This document shows, piece by piece, positions 1 to 9,416 of a stretch of 14,904 bases of DNA; position 1 is the first letter of the stretch, and each line of letters begins with the position of its first letter. A program made the position numbers and the translations under genes. A model generated the notes under the pieces. The model was given only the letters and a program-made list of their open reading frames with translations. It did not search any database and was not told the DNA's origin. The DNA is from Marine Group I thaumarchaeote. Its GTDB lineage: Archaea > Thermoproteota > Nitrososphaeria > Nitrososphaerales > Nitrosopumilaceae. The stretch lies in contig CP054849.1 in assembly GCA_044358425.1 (NCBI GenBank), positions 1,055,863-1,070,766 on the forward strand, read 5' to 3'.

Positions 1-27
1 TTTAAACTTAGGTTAGACAAAAAACAA

Positions 28-351
28 CTAGTCATTTTTTTCCTCAGTTTTTGTATCGTTTAAAATTGATTTGATATTTGCCTCGTCAATTGATGTAAAT
101 GAAATTGTTGAAATTCTAAATTGTAAGCCGCACAATCTACCCAGTGCAACTGAAGTTCCTTGAAAGTTTACGAGGGGGACTTTTTGTTTTTTTGCATCAG
201 ATTCAATTTTCTCAAGCATTTTTTTGTCTACGGATTGAGATAATACAATTAACTTGGAATTATTTACAGAGTTCAAAACTTCTTTACTACCCATTGTTAA
301 TCTATTCTCTTTACGGGCATCCTTCAATGATTTCTCAAGTATTTTACTCAT
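28..351 (-). CDS. rpl30e: 50S ribosomal protein L30e (L7Ae/L30e family)
   Basis: 107 aa. Shows GSKEV, KLIVLS and GTSVALGRLCG..FRIS, matching the L30e G.s.eLG.aCGk.f pattern. Lies downstream of the RNAP genes, as in the conserved archaeal cluster. Confidence 0.88.
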   Translation of the reverse strand: MSKILEKSLKDARKENRLTMGSKEVLNSVNNSKLIVLSQSVDKKMLEKIESDAKKQKVPLVNFQGTSVALGRLCGLQFRISTISFTSIDEANIKSILNDTKTEEKND

Positions 352-383
352 GTAGTTTCCTTATCACGATCGTCTTGAGAGTC

Positions 384-397
384 CTTTATAGGTTTAT
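384..397 (-). promoter_or_regulatory. Putative BRE/TATA promoter for rpl30e
   Basis: Minus strand reads AATAAACC-TATAAAG about 33 nt upstream of the ATG, followed by SD-like GTGATAAGGA just before the start codon. Confidence 0.5.
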
Positions 398-456
398 TGA
401 AAAAATATTTCTAAGTATAATAAATCATTTAAAAATTATTTTTGATTTTTATAAAA

Positions 457-1635
457 TCAATCAACAATTATTGAAGTTGAAATAGGGGGACTCAAAGGTA
501 TGAAATCATTTAACGAATTCCACACATAAGTTTCTAAAACATAATTATCAGATTTTTCAGGAATCCATGATTGAGAAATATCTAAAATTTGATTTGGAGA
601 AAGTTTTCCCTGAATCCAAGATAAAGAAAGTACAGAATTATCAGAGTTTTTGATTTGGAAAAAATAGATGAACTCTTGATCATAATTTAATTGGTTTTCA
701 ATTGTTCCAACTATTTGCATTTGTGTTTGTGAAATAAGAGAGTCCAAGGGGGTACCAAAACTATCAGAAAAAGAAATTGGTGAAGTTTGTATTCTATTAA
801 TTGACAAAATAGAGTAATCAACAGCAGCAGAAGTTTCAATTGATATTTCATCAGATTTTGAAAAAGGTTTTGGTAAAGTATGATCATCATATTTTGCAAA
901 AATATTATCTCCAGGAACTGCATAAAGTCGATTTCCACTAGAAGTGTTTGTTGACAAACTAATATTTGCTATAAACTCACCAGAGCGTTCAGATGTTTCT
1001 GTTGCAACAACTTGTATGCCACCACTGTCAGAATCTGAAAAAACTTCTATCGTAATTGTATCAATTGCCTCAGGATTCAAATTCATATCGTGATCAATTA
1101 CACGAATTTCAACTGAATCACTTGTAAGAAAAACATCTTTTGAAAATTGAATTACTCCCATATTCCATGTTATTGGAATTGAATCAGTTAATACAACACC
1201 ATCTGCAAATTCAAAAGAAATTGTAATTGAATCATCATTGTCAACTTCTAAAAATCCATTTGTTGGTCCTGTACCAGAAGTTTTTGGGTTTGTATCATAA
1301 TTCCCATCACCATCAACATCATGCAAAAATCCTGTTAGAATTATTTCGCCTGAAAAAATTCCAGAGCCCGATAAGGTTTCAGTCAACCTATATGGTTTTA
1401 AAAAATTTTCACCTGATGAAATTTTTATTGGATGAGAATCAGTTTCACCAATTGAATCGATTTTATTTGAATTGGTATTCCAGCTTGGGGCATTAATAGA
1501 AATTATTATTTTATCAGTCCATGAATATGCAGGTTTGTCAGTATAGATTGGTGCAAAAGGTTTATCATAATCAGGAAGAGATTCAGCATAAACAGGGGCT
1601 AAAATAAGAAAAAATCCCAATAAAAATTCGTACAC
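457..1635 (-). CDS. Secreted S-layer-protein-like paralog (about three Ig-like domains, resembling the C-terminus of the Nitrosopumilus SLP)
   Basis: GTG start with an in-frame stop 5 codons upstream. Short hydrophobic signal ending VYA|E. Acidic, S/T-rich and beta-rich. Repeated TETxxxSGxF motifs, a DVDGDG loop, DxDMNLNPEAID and terminal YVWNS...LSPPISTSIIVD, all recalled as similar to the thaumarchaeal SLP C-terminus. Confidence 0.72.
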   Translation of the reverse strand: MYEFLLGFFLILAPVYAESLPDYDKPFAPIYTDKPAYSWTDKIIISINAPSWNTNSNKIDSIGETDSHPIKISSGENFLKPYRLTETLSGSGIFSGEIILTGFLHDVDGDGNYDTNPKTSGTGPTNGFLEVDNDDSITISFEFADGVVLTDSIPITWNMGVIQFSKDVFLTSDSVEIRVIDHDMNLNPEAIDTITIEVFSDSDSGGIQVVATETSERSGEFIANISLSTNTSSGNRLYAVPGDNIFAKYDDHTLPKPFSKSDEISIETSAAVDYSILSINRIQTSPISFSDSFGTPLDSLISQTQMQIVGTIENQLNYDQEFIYFFQIKNSDNSVLSLSWIQGKLSPNQILDISQSWIPEKSDNYVLETYVWNSLNDFIPLSPPISTSIIVD

Positions 1636-1656
1636 GAGATAAATTAGTTAAAATCA

Positions 1657-1668
1657 GATTTAATGTTT
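1657..1668 (-). promoter_or_regulatory. Possible TATA box for a leaderless transcript of the S-layer-like gene
   Basis: Minus strand AAACATTAAATC with ATTAAA ending about 24 nt before the GTG. No SD sequence is present. Confidence 0.35.
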
Positions 1669-1679
1669 GATAATTAATT

Positions 1680-1910
1680 TTAAGATTTATCGGTAGGCAA
1701 AGAGATTGCTAAAATATTATCTCCTCGTAACAAAACTTTTCCAAGACTCAAATGTTTTTCTTCAGTAATGTCTTCGGCTTTGTCCAATGTTAAATTCATG
1801 TGAATATCAAAATCTATCAAGTTTCCTTGAACAGTTTTGTTATTTCTTAAACGAAGTAAAACACTTTTTCCTTGACAACTAGTCATTAATGTAGAAATTT
1901 CATCGGCCAT
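1680..1910 (-). CDS. Sm-like archaeal protein (Lsm/SmAP)
   Basis: Sm1 motif G.L..FDIHMNL.L..AE and Sm2 motif G.VLLRGDNI. The ATG at 1910 (MADEI) is preferred over the GTG at 1919, because AGTGAT there looks like the SD. Confidence 0.93.
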   Translation of the reverse strand: MADEISTLMTSCQGKSVLLRLRNNKTVQGNLIDFDIHMNLTLDKAEDITEEKHLSLGKVLLRGDNILAISLPTDKS

Positions 1911-1925
1911 AATTATCACTTAATT

Positions 1926-4900
1926 CTATTTCTTTTTGCTCACTTGCATGTACAAATCAACAGTACCACTTCCAATTGGAATGTTACTTCCAACAATTAC
2001 ATTTTCAGTAATACCTCTTAGTTGTTCAATTTCTCCTCCAAGTGCTGCGTGTGCAATTGTAGGCACTGTAATTTCGAATGCGGCTCTTGCAAGTACACTG
2101 TCTTTAGTACCAGCAATACCGTGTCTACCAATTTGTTGCATGTAACCACGGGAACACATCAAATCAGATACTAACATGATGTATCTACTATCAACTTCTA
2201 ATCCTTGGTCTCCCAATGTATGATTAAGTTCATCTATTAATGCAAATCTTGCGGCTTCAATTCCCAAAGTGCCTGCAATTTCAAAGACATTGTTTGTTCT
2301 GACATTAGTTTTATCAATTCCTTTAACTTCTAAGACTTTAGCAATGTTTGAACCAGTAGTTTGGATAACCCATTCGTCATCTTTTTGAACTAATGTTACA
2401 CGTTCAATATCTGGAACGCCTTTAACAGTAGTATTGAGTACTTTGTTTCTAATTGCAATTGCAGTTGCAGTATCAACTTCTTCAACTAAATTCAAAGTTA
2501 TCAATTCACCAGTTACTTCCATCTTGAATTTTTTATTAGAAGAAAGTGCTGCTTCAACTTCTGCAACAGAGCAACCCCTTTCACGGAGTCTGTTCTCACT
2601 TAAAATTAATTTAATGTTTGTAGAATAATCAGTTTCAGTATCAGCAATTAAAGCACTTACTTTAGTTTGCAAAACATTTCTTGCAACTTCAATTGCTTTT
2701 TCCCTATTTCCTTTATTTTCTTTTTCTAAGTAAATATCCATAGTTGGGGTAACAGGTTTCTTTCTAGCATCAACTAATTCAATTAATCTTGGAAGACCTA
2801 ATGTAACGTTTCTTTCTTTAATTCCTGCAAAGTGGAATGTTCTCAAAGTCATTTGCGTACCTGGTTCACCAATAGATTGTGCAGTAATAATTCCTACTGC
2901 TTGCCCTGGCTCTACGCGTGCTTTATCATAAAGTGAAAGACCTTTTTTACATACTGCTTCAATTCCAGATTTACTAAGACCAGATTTGTTTAATGCATCA
3001 GTTACAAGTTTAGTTAATCTTGGACTAAATGTTTTAGTGTATTTTTTAGTTAATGTTTCAATTTCATCTTTTGTTGCTTTTGCTCCAGAATCAACCATAG
3101 CTTGTGATGCAGCTAATCTACTTGGATTGAATGCCTCACCATGGTCACTTTTTTGTACATCAATTCCATCTTCACCATAAAGGAATTGAACAATGTGTCC
3201 ATGAGGATCTCTTACAGTACCATCATATTCTAATCTAATGTGTTCTAATGCATTGATCAATCTACGTTGCATGTAACCACTTTGTTGTGTTCTGACTGCA
3301 GTGTCTACAAGTCCTTCTCTACCACCCATAGCGTGGAAGAAAAATTCTAGTGCAGTTAATCCAGTTCTATAATTTGATTTTACAAATCCGTGTGCATCAG
3401 GATTACTATCATGTTCTTTATAGTGAGTTAGTGCACGATTTGCATATCCCTCGTTCATTCTGTTACCTCTTCTTGATTGTTGACCTAATGCCCCAGCCAT
3501 CTGACCTACGTTAAGTGCTGAACCTCTTGCACCGGTGGTGGCCATAATTTTTCCAGCATTACCATCATCAAGTGAATCATTTGCAGTATCACCTGCTTTA
3601 ACTCTGGCTTTACCTAATTCATTTACAATGTAAGCTTCTAAAGCTTCTTCAGCTTTCATACCTCTTGTAAGTTTCAATGTTCCTTTTTCATATTGGTCAG
3701 TCAAATCTGCTACAACATCATATGTATCACTAATGTCATCTAGAATTTGTTGTTCATTCTTTGCTGGAACTTCTAAGTCACCATAACCATAACTAAATCC
3801 ATAGTGAGTGATGAATTGTTTTACCATAATTAAGATAGAATTCAAAAAGTTCTTTCCGACGGCATTACCATAATCTTTAGTAATTCTGTGTAAGACACTT
3901 TCTGGTTCCTCTGCACCAATTGATGTCTTGTCAATTACACCGCTGATTAATTCACCGTTTTTAATTACGACGTCATTTGCTTTTCCACCAGTACCTTTTG
4001 ACCATTTTGATGTTAGTGTATAGTTAAAGTCACTTGGCAAGAATAATGAGAATAATTGTTTTCCAGTGTATGCAGGGCTTCCATCTTTTGCTTTAGTAGA
4101 TGGTTTTGGAAGTGCGTCAGTGAATCCTCCAAGCATTGCATAGTTTGAAAATTCTTGAACAGACAAAATAGTATCATCTTTGGTTAATAGATATGCACCT
4201 GTTACAAAGTCTCTAAGGGCACCAATAATTGGACCACCATATCTTGGTGAAATTAATTGGTCTTGAACTCTCATCAAAAGAATTGCTTCTGCTCTTGCCT
4301 CTTCACTTTGTGGAACGTGAAGATTCATTTCATCACCATCAAAGTCTGCGTTGTATGGTGGACAAACAGATGGGTGTAATCTGAAAGTTTTTCCAGGAAG
4401 TACACGTACATAGTGTGCCATGATAGACATCTGGTGAAGTGAAGGTTGTCTGTTAAACAATACAATATCTCTGTCAGCAAGATGTCTTTCAATCAAATAT
4501 CCAATTTCAAGTGTTTCTGCAATTGTTGAACGATCTTCAACAAAGTCTAGTCTAATTTTTACACCATCTGGTCTTACAATATAATTAACTCCTGGGAATT
4601 TTTCAGGTCCATTGATTACTAATTTTCGCATTCTTTCTATGTTCCATTCAGTTACAATTTCAGGAATAGTTAGTTTCATTGCAACTGCTTCAGGTACACC
4701 AACTTCAGACAAGTCCAAATTAGGATCTGGAGAAATTACAGTTCTACTAGAAAAGTCAACTCTCTTTCCAGAAAGTGAACCTCTGAATCTACCCTCTTTT
4801 CCTTTGAGTCTTTGTGTTAATGTTTTGAGCGGACGTCCAGAACGATGATGGGCTTGAGGAATTCCAGAAACTTCATTGTCAAAATATGTAGTTGAGTGAT

Positions 4901-5720
4901 ATTGTAACAAATCAACCAAGTCTTGAACAATTAATGGCGGAGTTCCTGCTTCTTTACTTTCCTTTAATCTCTGATTAACTCTAATGATATCTACCATTTT
5001 GTGGGTTAAATCATCTTCAGATCTAATTCCAGTTTCAAGAATAATTGAAGGTCTGACAGTAACTGGTGGAACTGGCAAGGCTTGAAGAATAAACCATTCA
5101 GGTCTTGCGGTTACAGGGTCATAAGACAAAAGTGATAAATCATCATCAATGATTTGGGAGAATCTTTCTCTAATTGTGATTGGTAATAATCTGTGTTCAC
5201 CAATTTCAGTTTTTTCAACAAAGATAGTTGGTTTTGTAAAGACTAATTCGTATTGTGTTTTTCCACAGTGAGGGCATTCTTTTGCTTTCTTTGCTTTTTC
5301 AATGATTTGTTCAGGAATTCGTTTTTGTGAAACAGTTGTGTATGCAGCTCCTTTATCTTTAATTTTTTGAAATGCATTAAGATCTTCTTGTGGAACTTTT
5401 AATCTTGCACAAGAACGACATGTTGATTGTAGTAATTTGTAGATATTATCAATAAATGCAATATGTAAAATTGGTTCTGCAAGTTCAATGTGACCAAAGT
5501 GTCCTGGACATCTGGCTGCAGTATTACCACAAGTGAGACATTTTTGTCCAGGTTCAAGTGTTCCAAGTCTCCCATCCATAAGACCTCCTTGAACTGGCAT
5601 TCCATCTTCATCATAAGTTTCTGGAGCAGTGATTTCAGCAACAGAATATTTTCTAATTTCAGTTGGAGACCAAACAGAGAAACGAATTCCATCAATTGCT
5701 TTAATTGCTTGAATAGACAT
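1926..5720 (-). CDS. rpo1: DNA-directed RNA polymerase largest subunit Rpo1 (A' and A'' in one polypeptide)
   Basis: 1264 aa. Zn sites CLTC..CPGHFGH and CRSC..CPHC. Catalytic NADFDGD at about 4332-4352. Bridge helix GGREGLVDTAVRT, then A''-type AQSIGEPGTQMTLRTFH and LARAAFE in the same frame. SD AAGGAG at 5731-5736. Confidence 0.99.
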   Translation of the reverse strand: MSIQAIKAIDGIRFSVWSPTEIRKYSVAEITAPETYDEDGMPVQGGLMDGRLGTLEPGQKCLTCGNTAARCPGHFGHIELAEPILHIAFIDNIYKLLQSTCRSCARLKVPQEDLNAFQKIKDKGAAYTTVSQKRIPEQIIEKAKKAKECPHCGKTQYELVFTKPTIFVEKTEIGEHRLLPITIRERFSQIIDDDLSLLSYDPVTARPEWFILQALPVPPVTVRPSIILETGIRSEDDLTHKMVDIIRVNQRLKESKEAGTPPLIVQDLVDLLQYHSTTYFDNEVSGIPQAHHRSGRPLKTLTQRLKGKEGRFRGSLSGKRVDFSSRTVISPDPNLDLSEVGVPEAVAMKLTIPEIVTEWNIERMRKLVINGPEKFPGVNYIVRPDGVKIRLDFVEDRSTIAETLEIGYLIERHLADRDIVLFNRQPSLHQMSIMAHYVRVLPGKTFRLHPSVCPPYNADFDGDEMNLHVPQSEEARAEAILLMRVQDQLISPRYGGPIIGALRDFVTGAYLLTKDDTILSVQEFSNYAMLGGFTDALPKPSTKAKDGSPAYTGKQLFSLFLPSDFNYTLTSKWSKGTGGKANDVVIKNGELISGVIDKTSIGAEEPESVLHRITKDYGNAVGKNFLNSILIMVKQFITHYGFSYGYGDLEVPAKNEQQILDDISDTYDVVADLTDQYEKGTLKLTRGMKAEEALEAYIVNELGKARVKAGDTANDSLDDGNAGKIMATTGARGSALNVGQMAGALGQQSRRGNRMNEGYANRALTHYKEHDSNPDAHGFVKSNYRTGLTALEFFFHAMGGREGLVDTAVRTQQSGYMQRRLINALEHIRLEYDGTVRDPHGHIVQFLYGEDGIDVQKSDHGEAFNPSRLAASQAMVDSGAKATKDEIETLTKKYTKTFSPRLTKLVTDALNKSGLSKSGIEAVCKKGLSLYDKARVEPGQAVGIITAQSIGEPGTQMTLRTFHFAGIKERNVTLGLPRLIELVDARKKPVTPTMDIYLEKENKGNREKAIEVARNVLQTKVSALIADTETDYSTNIKLILSENRLRERGCSVAEVEAALSSNKKFKMEVTGELITLNLVEEVDTATAIAIRNKVLNTTVKGVPDIERVTLVQKDDEWVIQTTGSNIAKVLEVKGIDKTNVRTNNVFEIAGTLGIEAARFALIDELNHTLGDQGLEVDSRYIMLVSDLMCSRGYMQQIGRHGIAGTKDSVLARAAFEITVPTIAHAALGGEIEQLRGITENVIVGSNIPIGSGTVDLYMQVSKKK

Positions 5721-5721
5721 C

Positions 5722-8700
5722 TTAGAGTTTCTCCTTAATTAGCAATCTTGGTGCAACGTTTAGACTTTGCATTTCTTGCAATAATAGTTTGAATGCATAT
5801 GCTACAGATACTGAAGATACTTTAGCTTTATCTCCACAAACTCTGCAAACATATTTTCTTTGTTTAACATCATGATAAGCAACTAAACCACATCTTTCAC
5901 AAACGAAAACATCAGATTTATCAGATTCATCTAACAATCTATCCTTTAGAATCATTGATGCACCATAAGCGATTAAACAATCTCTTTCCATTTCACCAAA
6001 TCTCAATCCACCACCTCTAGCTCTACCTTCAGTTGGTTGTTTAGTTAACATCTGAACTTGTCCACGTGCTCTTGCATGTATTTTGTCAGCAACCATATGA
6101 TGAAGTTTTTGATAGTATACTACACCAATAAAGACATCAACTGGGAATGCTTTTCCAGTTCTTCCGTCGTACATTATTTCTTTACCAGAATATTTGAAAT
6201 TATGTGCATCCATAACTTCCTTAACTTCATCCATTTTCTCTCCAACGAATGCAGAACCATCAAATCTCTTTCCACGGAATGATGCAGCTTTTCCACAAAT
6301 GGATTCCATCATCATACCCACAGTCATTCTAGATGGGAAAGCGTGAGGATTAATTAAAACATCAGGGGACATACCTTCAGCAGTGTATGGTAAGTCTTCT
6401 GCTTTTGCTAAAATTCCAAGTACACCTTTTTGTCCGTGTCTTGAAGCAAATTTATCACCAATTTCAGGAATCCTCATATCTCTTGCTCTAATTTTATACA
6501 TTTTTCCACCCTCGTTAGATTGAGTCATTACAACTGTGTCAATTACACCGACTTCAGAAGGTCTTACACCAATGGATGTATCTCTACGATAAGGACCAGA
6601 TGATTCAAACTCTCTGTATTCTTCCATAAATCTTGGAGGACTAGTTTTACCAATCAAAATATCTCCACCTTTAACAGGGGACTCTGATGCTACTACACCA
6701 TCTTCTTCAAGTAATCTATATGCTCTTTCACCTTTGTAACCTCTTACATTATCTTCAGCGTTTGGAATTTCAAATGAATCCCTCATTCCACCAGGATATT
6801 GTTTTGCTTCAGCATCATAAATTCTAAAGAAGAAAGTTCTACCTAATCCTCTATCAACAGAAGCTTTACTGAGAACAATTGCATCCTCAATGTTGTAACC
6901 ATCAAATGGCAATACAGCAACTACACAGTTTTGACCTGCTGGTCTATCTTCTAATCCAAGTAGTTTCATTGCTTTTGTATTTACAGCTGGAACTTGTGGG
7001 TATAACATAAGGTGTTGTCTAACATATGTACTAGTATTCATCATCGGTGTTGAAAATCCTAAACTTTGTTTTGCCATTGCAGATTCGTATGTATTTCTTG
7101 GAGATTGGTTATGTTCTGGATATGGAATTATAGATGCGCCTGCTCCCAAAATTGCTGGTGGAAATACTTCAAGGTGAGTGTGTTTCTTTGAATCTTTTTC
7201 ATCTAATGTAATGTAGCAATTCTCTTCTTCATTTGCATCAATCATTTCTAAGACACCCATTCTTAACAAATCATTCCAAGATAGTAATTTCTTCGAAATT
7301 TTATCTAAAAGATCTTGAGTAAGTAATGGTTTGTTATCTTTGATAATAATTAACGGTCTCAAAACTCGTCCAGCATTACAATTAACATATAATCTTCGAG
7401 TAGCCTCTTTGTGTTCATCAGATTTATGGAATGAAACTCCAACGTGTGGATGGATTTTTGAATTTCTTCTAAGATCTCTAAGAGATTCTGCTAATTCAAG
7501 TCCATCTTTATAATATCCAATTAATCGTCCATCGACAAATATTCTAGTTCCATCTTGTTTCAAATCATCTTTTGCATCAAAGAAATGTACAGTTCCAAGA
7601 TCATATAATTTCTCAACAATTTCCTCAGAAGGAACATTTACTGAAATTATTCCAGATAATGCAAGATTTTTTACCAAACCACAGTTTGAGCCTTCAGGTG
7701 TTTCACTAGGACAAATTCTTCCAAAGTGTGTTGCGTGCAAATCTCTTGCTTCAAAGTTTGGTTGAGTTCTACTAAGTGGTGATTGAATTCTTCTAAGATG
7801 ACTGATAGTTGATAGATAGTTTGTTCTGTCAAGTAATTGTGTAACTCCAACTCTACCACGACCCCAGTTTCCTGTTGCAATAGCGTTGTTTAGTTTATCA
7901 GTAATAATTCCAGGACGAATTGATGCAGCAACTGCATTAATTCCACGTTTTTGACCTGAACGCTCTAATTGGTATTTCATATCTCTAACCAAATTTCTAA
8001 ATGCAGTTCTAAACAAATCTGCAAGCATTTGTCCTGCAAATTTGATGACTTTGTTTCCATAATGATCTTTATCATCAGGAGTTATCCAATTGAGTTTTAA
8101 TTCTAATAATTTACATGCTGCTTCTCCTAAGAATTGTGCTTTTTCTTTTCTGTTTTCAGGATGTTTTCCTAGATGAGGTAATAATCCCCAATCAAGTAAA
8201 GTTTCAGCACGTTTAATTTGGAATTCTTCTAACATTCCAGGTGCAATTCTTTTACTGATGTAAACAATAGCATCTTTAGATGTAGGAACATCTCCTGCTT
8301 TTTCAAAAGAGCCTTCTAATTCATCTTGAAGTTCATCAACTAGTGAAACTACTGAAGCAATTTCTTTATCAGATTCTAATCCAAGTGCTCTCATTAAAGT
8401 AACAACTGGAATATCTACAGGAGAACCAGGAATTCTTGCAACTATCAATCCATCATTTTTCATAACGAGTTCTAATTTTGCACGGTAACCAACAATTGAA
8501 GAATAAACTTTTGCTTTGAAAACAGTGTTTCCACCAACTAGTTCTCTATCTACAATTATTTTATTATAAGAAAGATCTTCTAATCCAACAATTACTCTTT
8601 CTGAACCATTAATGATAAAGTAGCCACCAGGATCATTTGGATCTTCACCATGTTCAATTAATTTTTGATTAGAGAAATTATTCAAAATACATGCATTAGA

Positions 8701-9072
8701 TTTTGCCATAACTGGTACATCACCAATATGAACAAATCTTGATTCCAAAATTTTACCATCTTCAACAACACTAGCTTCCATCATTACAGGTGCAGAATAA
8801 GAAACATTTCGTAATCTTGCTTCAGCTGGTGTGATGTGAGTAATAGAACCATCAAGTTCCATCATTCTTGGTTGTTGAAGTTTTACTTTTCCTAATTGAA
8901 TTTTATATGGATATTCAGCATTTTCAATGTCAATTTGTCCAACTTCATTTATGATACTTTGAAGTCCTCTTTCTAAAAATTCGTCAAAAGAATTAAGATG
9001 TTGACGTGCAATACCTTCACGTTTTAAAATATCTTGAATTACTGGCCAACGTTTGTTTGAAGGATCAGCCAA
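5722..9072 (-). CDS. rpoB: DNA-directed RNA polymerase subunit B (Rpo2, unsplit)
   Basis: 1116 aa. Motifs GGYFIINGSERV, CPSETPEG.NCGLVK, GDKFASRHGQKG and GGLRFGEMERD, plus a C-terminal Zn ribbon CERC..CRVC. The TTG start is supported by SD GGAGGT at 9079-9084, inside the end of rpoH. Confidence 0.99.
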   Translation of the reverse strand: MADPSNKRWPVIQDILKREGIARQHLNSFDEFLERGLQSIINEVGQIDIENAEYPYKIQLGKVKLQQPRMMELDGSITHITPAEARLRNVSYSAPVMMEASVVEDGKILESRFVHIGDVPVMAKSNACILNNFSNQKLIEHGEDPNDPGGYFIINGSERVIVGLEDLSYNKIIVDRELVGGNTVFKAKVYSSIVGYRAKLELVMKNDGLIVARIPGSPVDIPVVTLMRALGLESDKEIASVVSLVDELQDELEGSFEKAGDVPTSKDAIVYISKRIAPGMLEEFQIKRAETLLDWGLLPHLGKHPENRKEKAQFLGEAACKLLELKLNWITPDDKDHYGNKVIKFAGQMLADLFRTAFRNLVRDMKYQLERSGQKRGINAVAASIRPGIITDKLNNAIATGNWGRGRVGVTQLLDRTNYLSTISHLRRIQSPLSRTQPNFEARDLHATHFGRICPSETPEGSNCGLVKNLALSGIISVNVPSEEIVEKLYDLGTVHFFDAKDDLKQDGTRIFVDGRLIGYYKDGLELAESLRDLRRNSKIHPHVGVSFHKSDEHKEATRRLYVNCNAGRVLRPLIIIKDNKPLLTQDLLDKISKKLLSWNDLLRMGVLEMIDANEEENCYITLDEKDSKKHTHLEVFPPAILGAGASIIPYPEHNQSPRNTYESAMAKQSLGFSTPMMNTSTYVRQHLMLYPQVPAVNTKAMKLLGLEDRPAGQNCVVAVLPFDGYNIEDAIVLSKASVDRGLGRTFFFRIYDAEAKQYPGGMRDSFEIPNAEDNVRGYKGERAYRLLEEDGVVASESPVKGGDILIGKTSPPRFMEEYREFESSGPYRRDTSIGVRPSEVGVIDTVVMTQSNEGGKMYKIRARDMRIPEIGDKFASRHGQKGVLGILAKAEDLPYTAEGMSPDVLINPHAFPSRMTVGMMMESICGKAASFRGKRFDGSAFVGEKMDEVKEVMDAHNFKYSGKEIMYDGRTGKAFPVDVFIGVVYYQKLHHMVADKIHARARGQVQMLTKQPTEGRARGGGLRFGEMERDCLIAYGASMILKDRLLDESDKSDVFVCERCGLVAYHDVKQRKYVCRVCGDKAKVSSVSVAYAFKLLLQEMQSLNVAPRLLIKEKL

Positions 9073-9074
9073 AT

Positions 9075-9326
9075 CTAGACCTCCACCACATATCTATAGT
9101 AAAGACTCTCACCAGCAGTTGGACTATTTCTAGTGATTTTTATCATATCACCAGGTTTTACACCTAGTCCCATAATTGCAGGATCATTTACGAAAATTAA
9201 TGGTAATTCTGTGGGTTTACAATTATATTTTTTTAAAACTTCTTCAGCTTCTGATTTTGGAATAATTTCATGTTTTGGAACATAAACATGATCTGGTACT
9301 AAAATTTGGTTTTTCTTAATTGCCAT
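9075..9326 (-). CDS. rpoH: DNA-directed RNA polymerase subunit H (Rpo5)
   Basis: HVYVPKHEI...LPLI...DPAI..LG.KPGD.IKITR.SPTAGES.YYRYVV is the Rpo5/RPB5 C-terminal signature. It lies directly upstream of rpoB. Confidence 0.98.
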   Translation of the reverse strand: MAIKKNQILVPDHVYVPKHEIIPKSEAEEVLKKYNCKPTELPLIFVNDPAIMGLGVKPGDMIKITRNSPTAGESLYYRYVVEV

Positions 9327-9400
9327 TTAAGAAGCCCCCAGATCGAACATTAAATGTAATAGTAAATAATACACACAAACTGAAAAAAATCACGTTCGGG

Positions 9401-9416
9401 TTAATATATATCTAAT
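9401..9416 (-). promoter_or_regulatory. Putative TATA promoter of the rpoH-rpoB-rpo1-lsm operon
   Basis: Minus strand TTAGATATATATTAA about 75 nt upstream of the rpoH ATG, implying a leader of about 50 nt. SD-like GGGGG at 9335-9339. Confidence 0.5.

Noticed and set aside
1-45. ATG at 35 (minus strand) with GAGGA upstream, overlapping the rpl30e end, as a possible nusA start
   Set aside because: Only 11 codons are visible (MTSCFLSNLSL) and they do not resemble a NusA N-terminus to me. The T6 tract at 19-24 could instead be a terminator. This cannot be resolved at the window edge.
400-456. AT-only palindromes (AAAAAT-T-ATTTTT at 431-443, TTTTATAAAA at 447-456)
   Set aside because: Expected by chance in almost pure AT sequence. 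At most they are part of a T-rich terminator for the upstream gene.
144-485. 113-aa plus-strand ORF
   Set aside because: Antisense to rpl30e and spanning an AT-rich spacer, with low-complexity F/L/I composition and no motifs.
711-1496. Short ORFs 711-938 (-) and 1227-1496 (+, His-rich)
   Set aside because: Alternative-frame or antisense shadows of the S-layer-like gene. The His run comes from antisense reading of GAT/GGT/GTT codons, so it is not a Ni-binding peptide.
1936-7880. Several 60-98 aa ORFs inside rpo1 and rpoB
   Set aside because: Shadow ORFs expected from the codon bias of highly conserved genes, with no independent motifs or initiation signals.
1926-9072. Inteins or frameshifts in the RNAP subunits
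   Set aside because: Lengths are normal, the frames are continuous and no intein motifs were seen.
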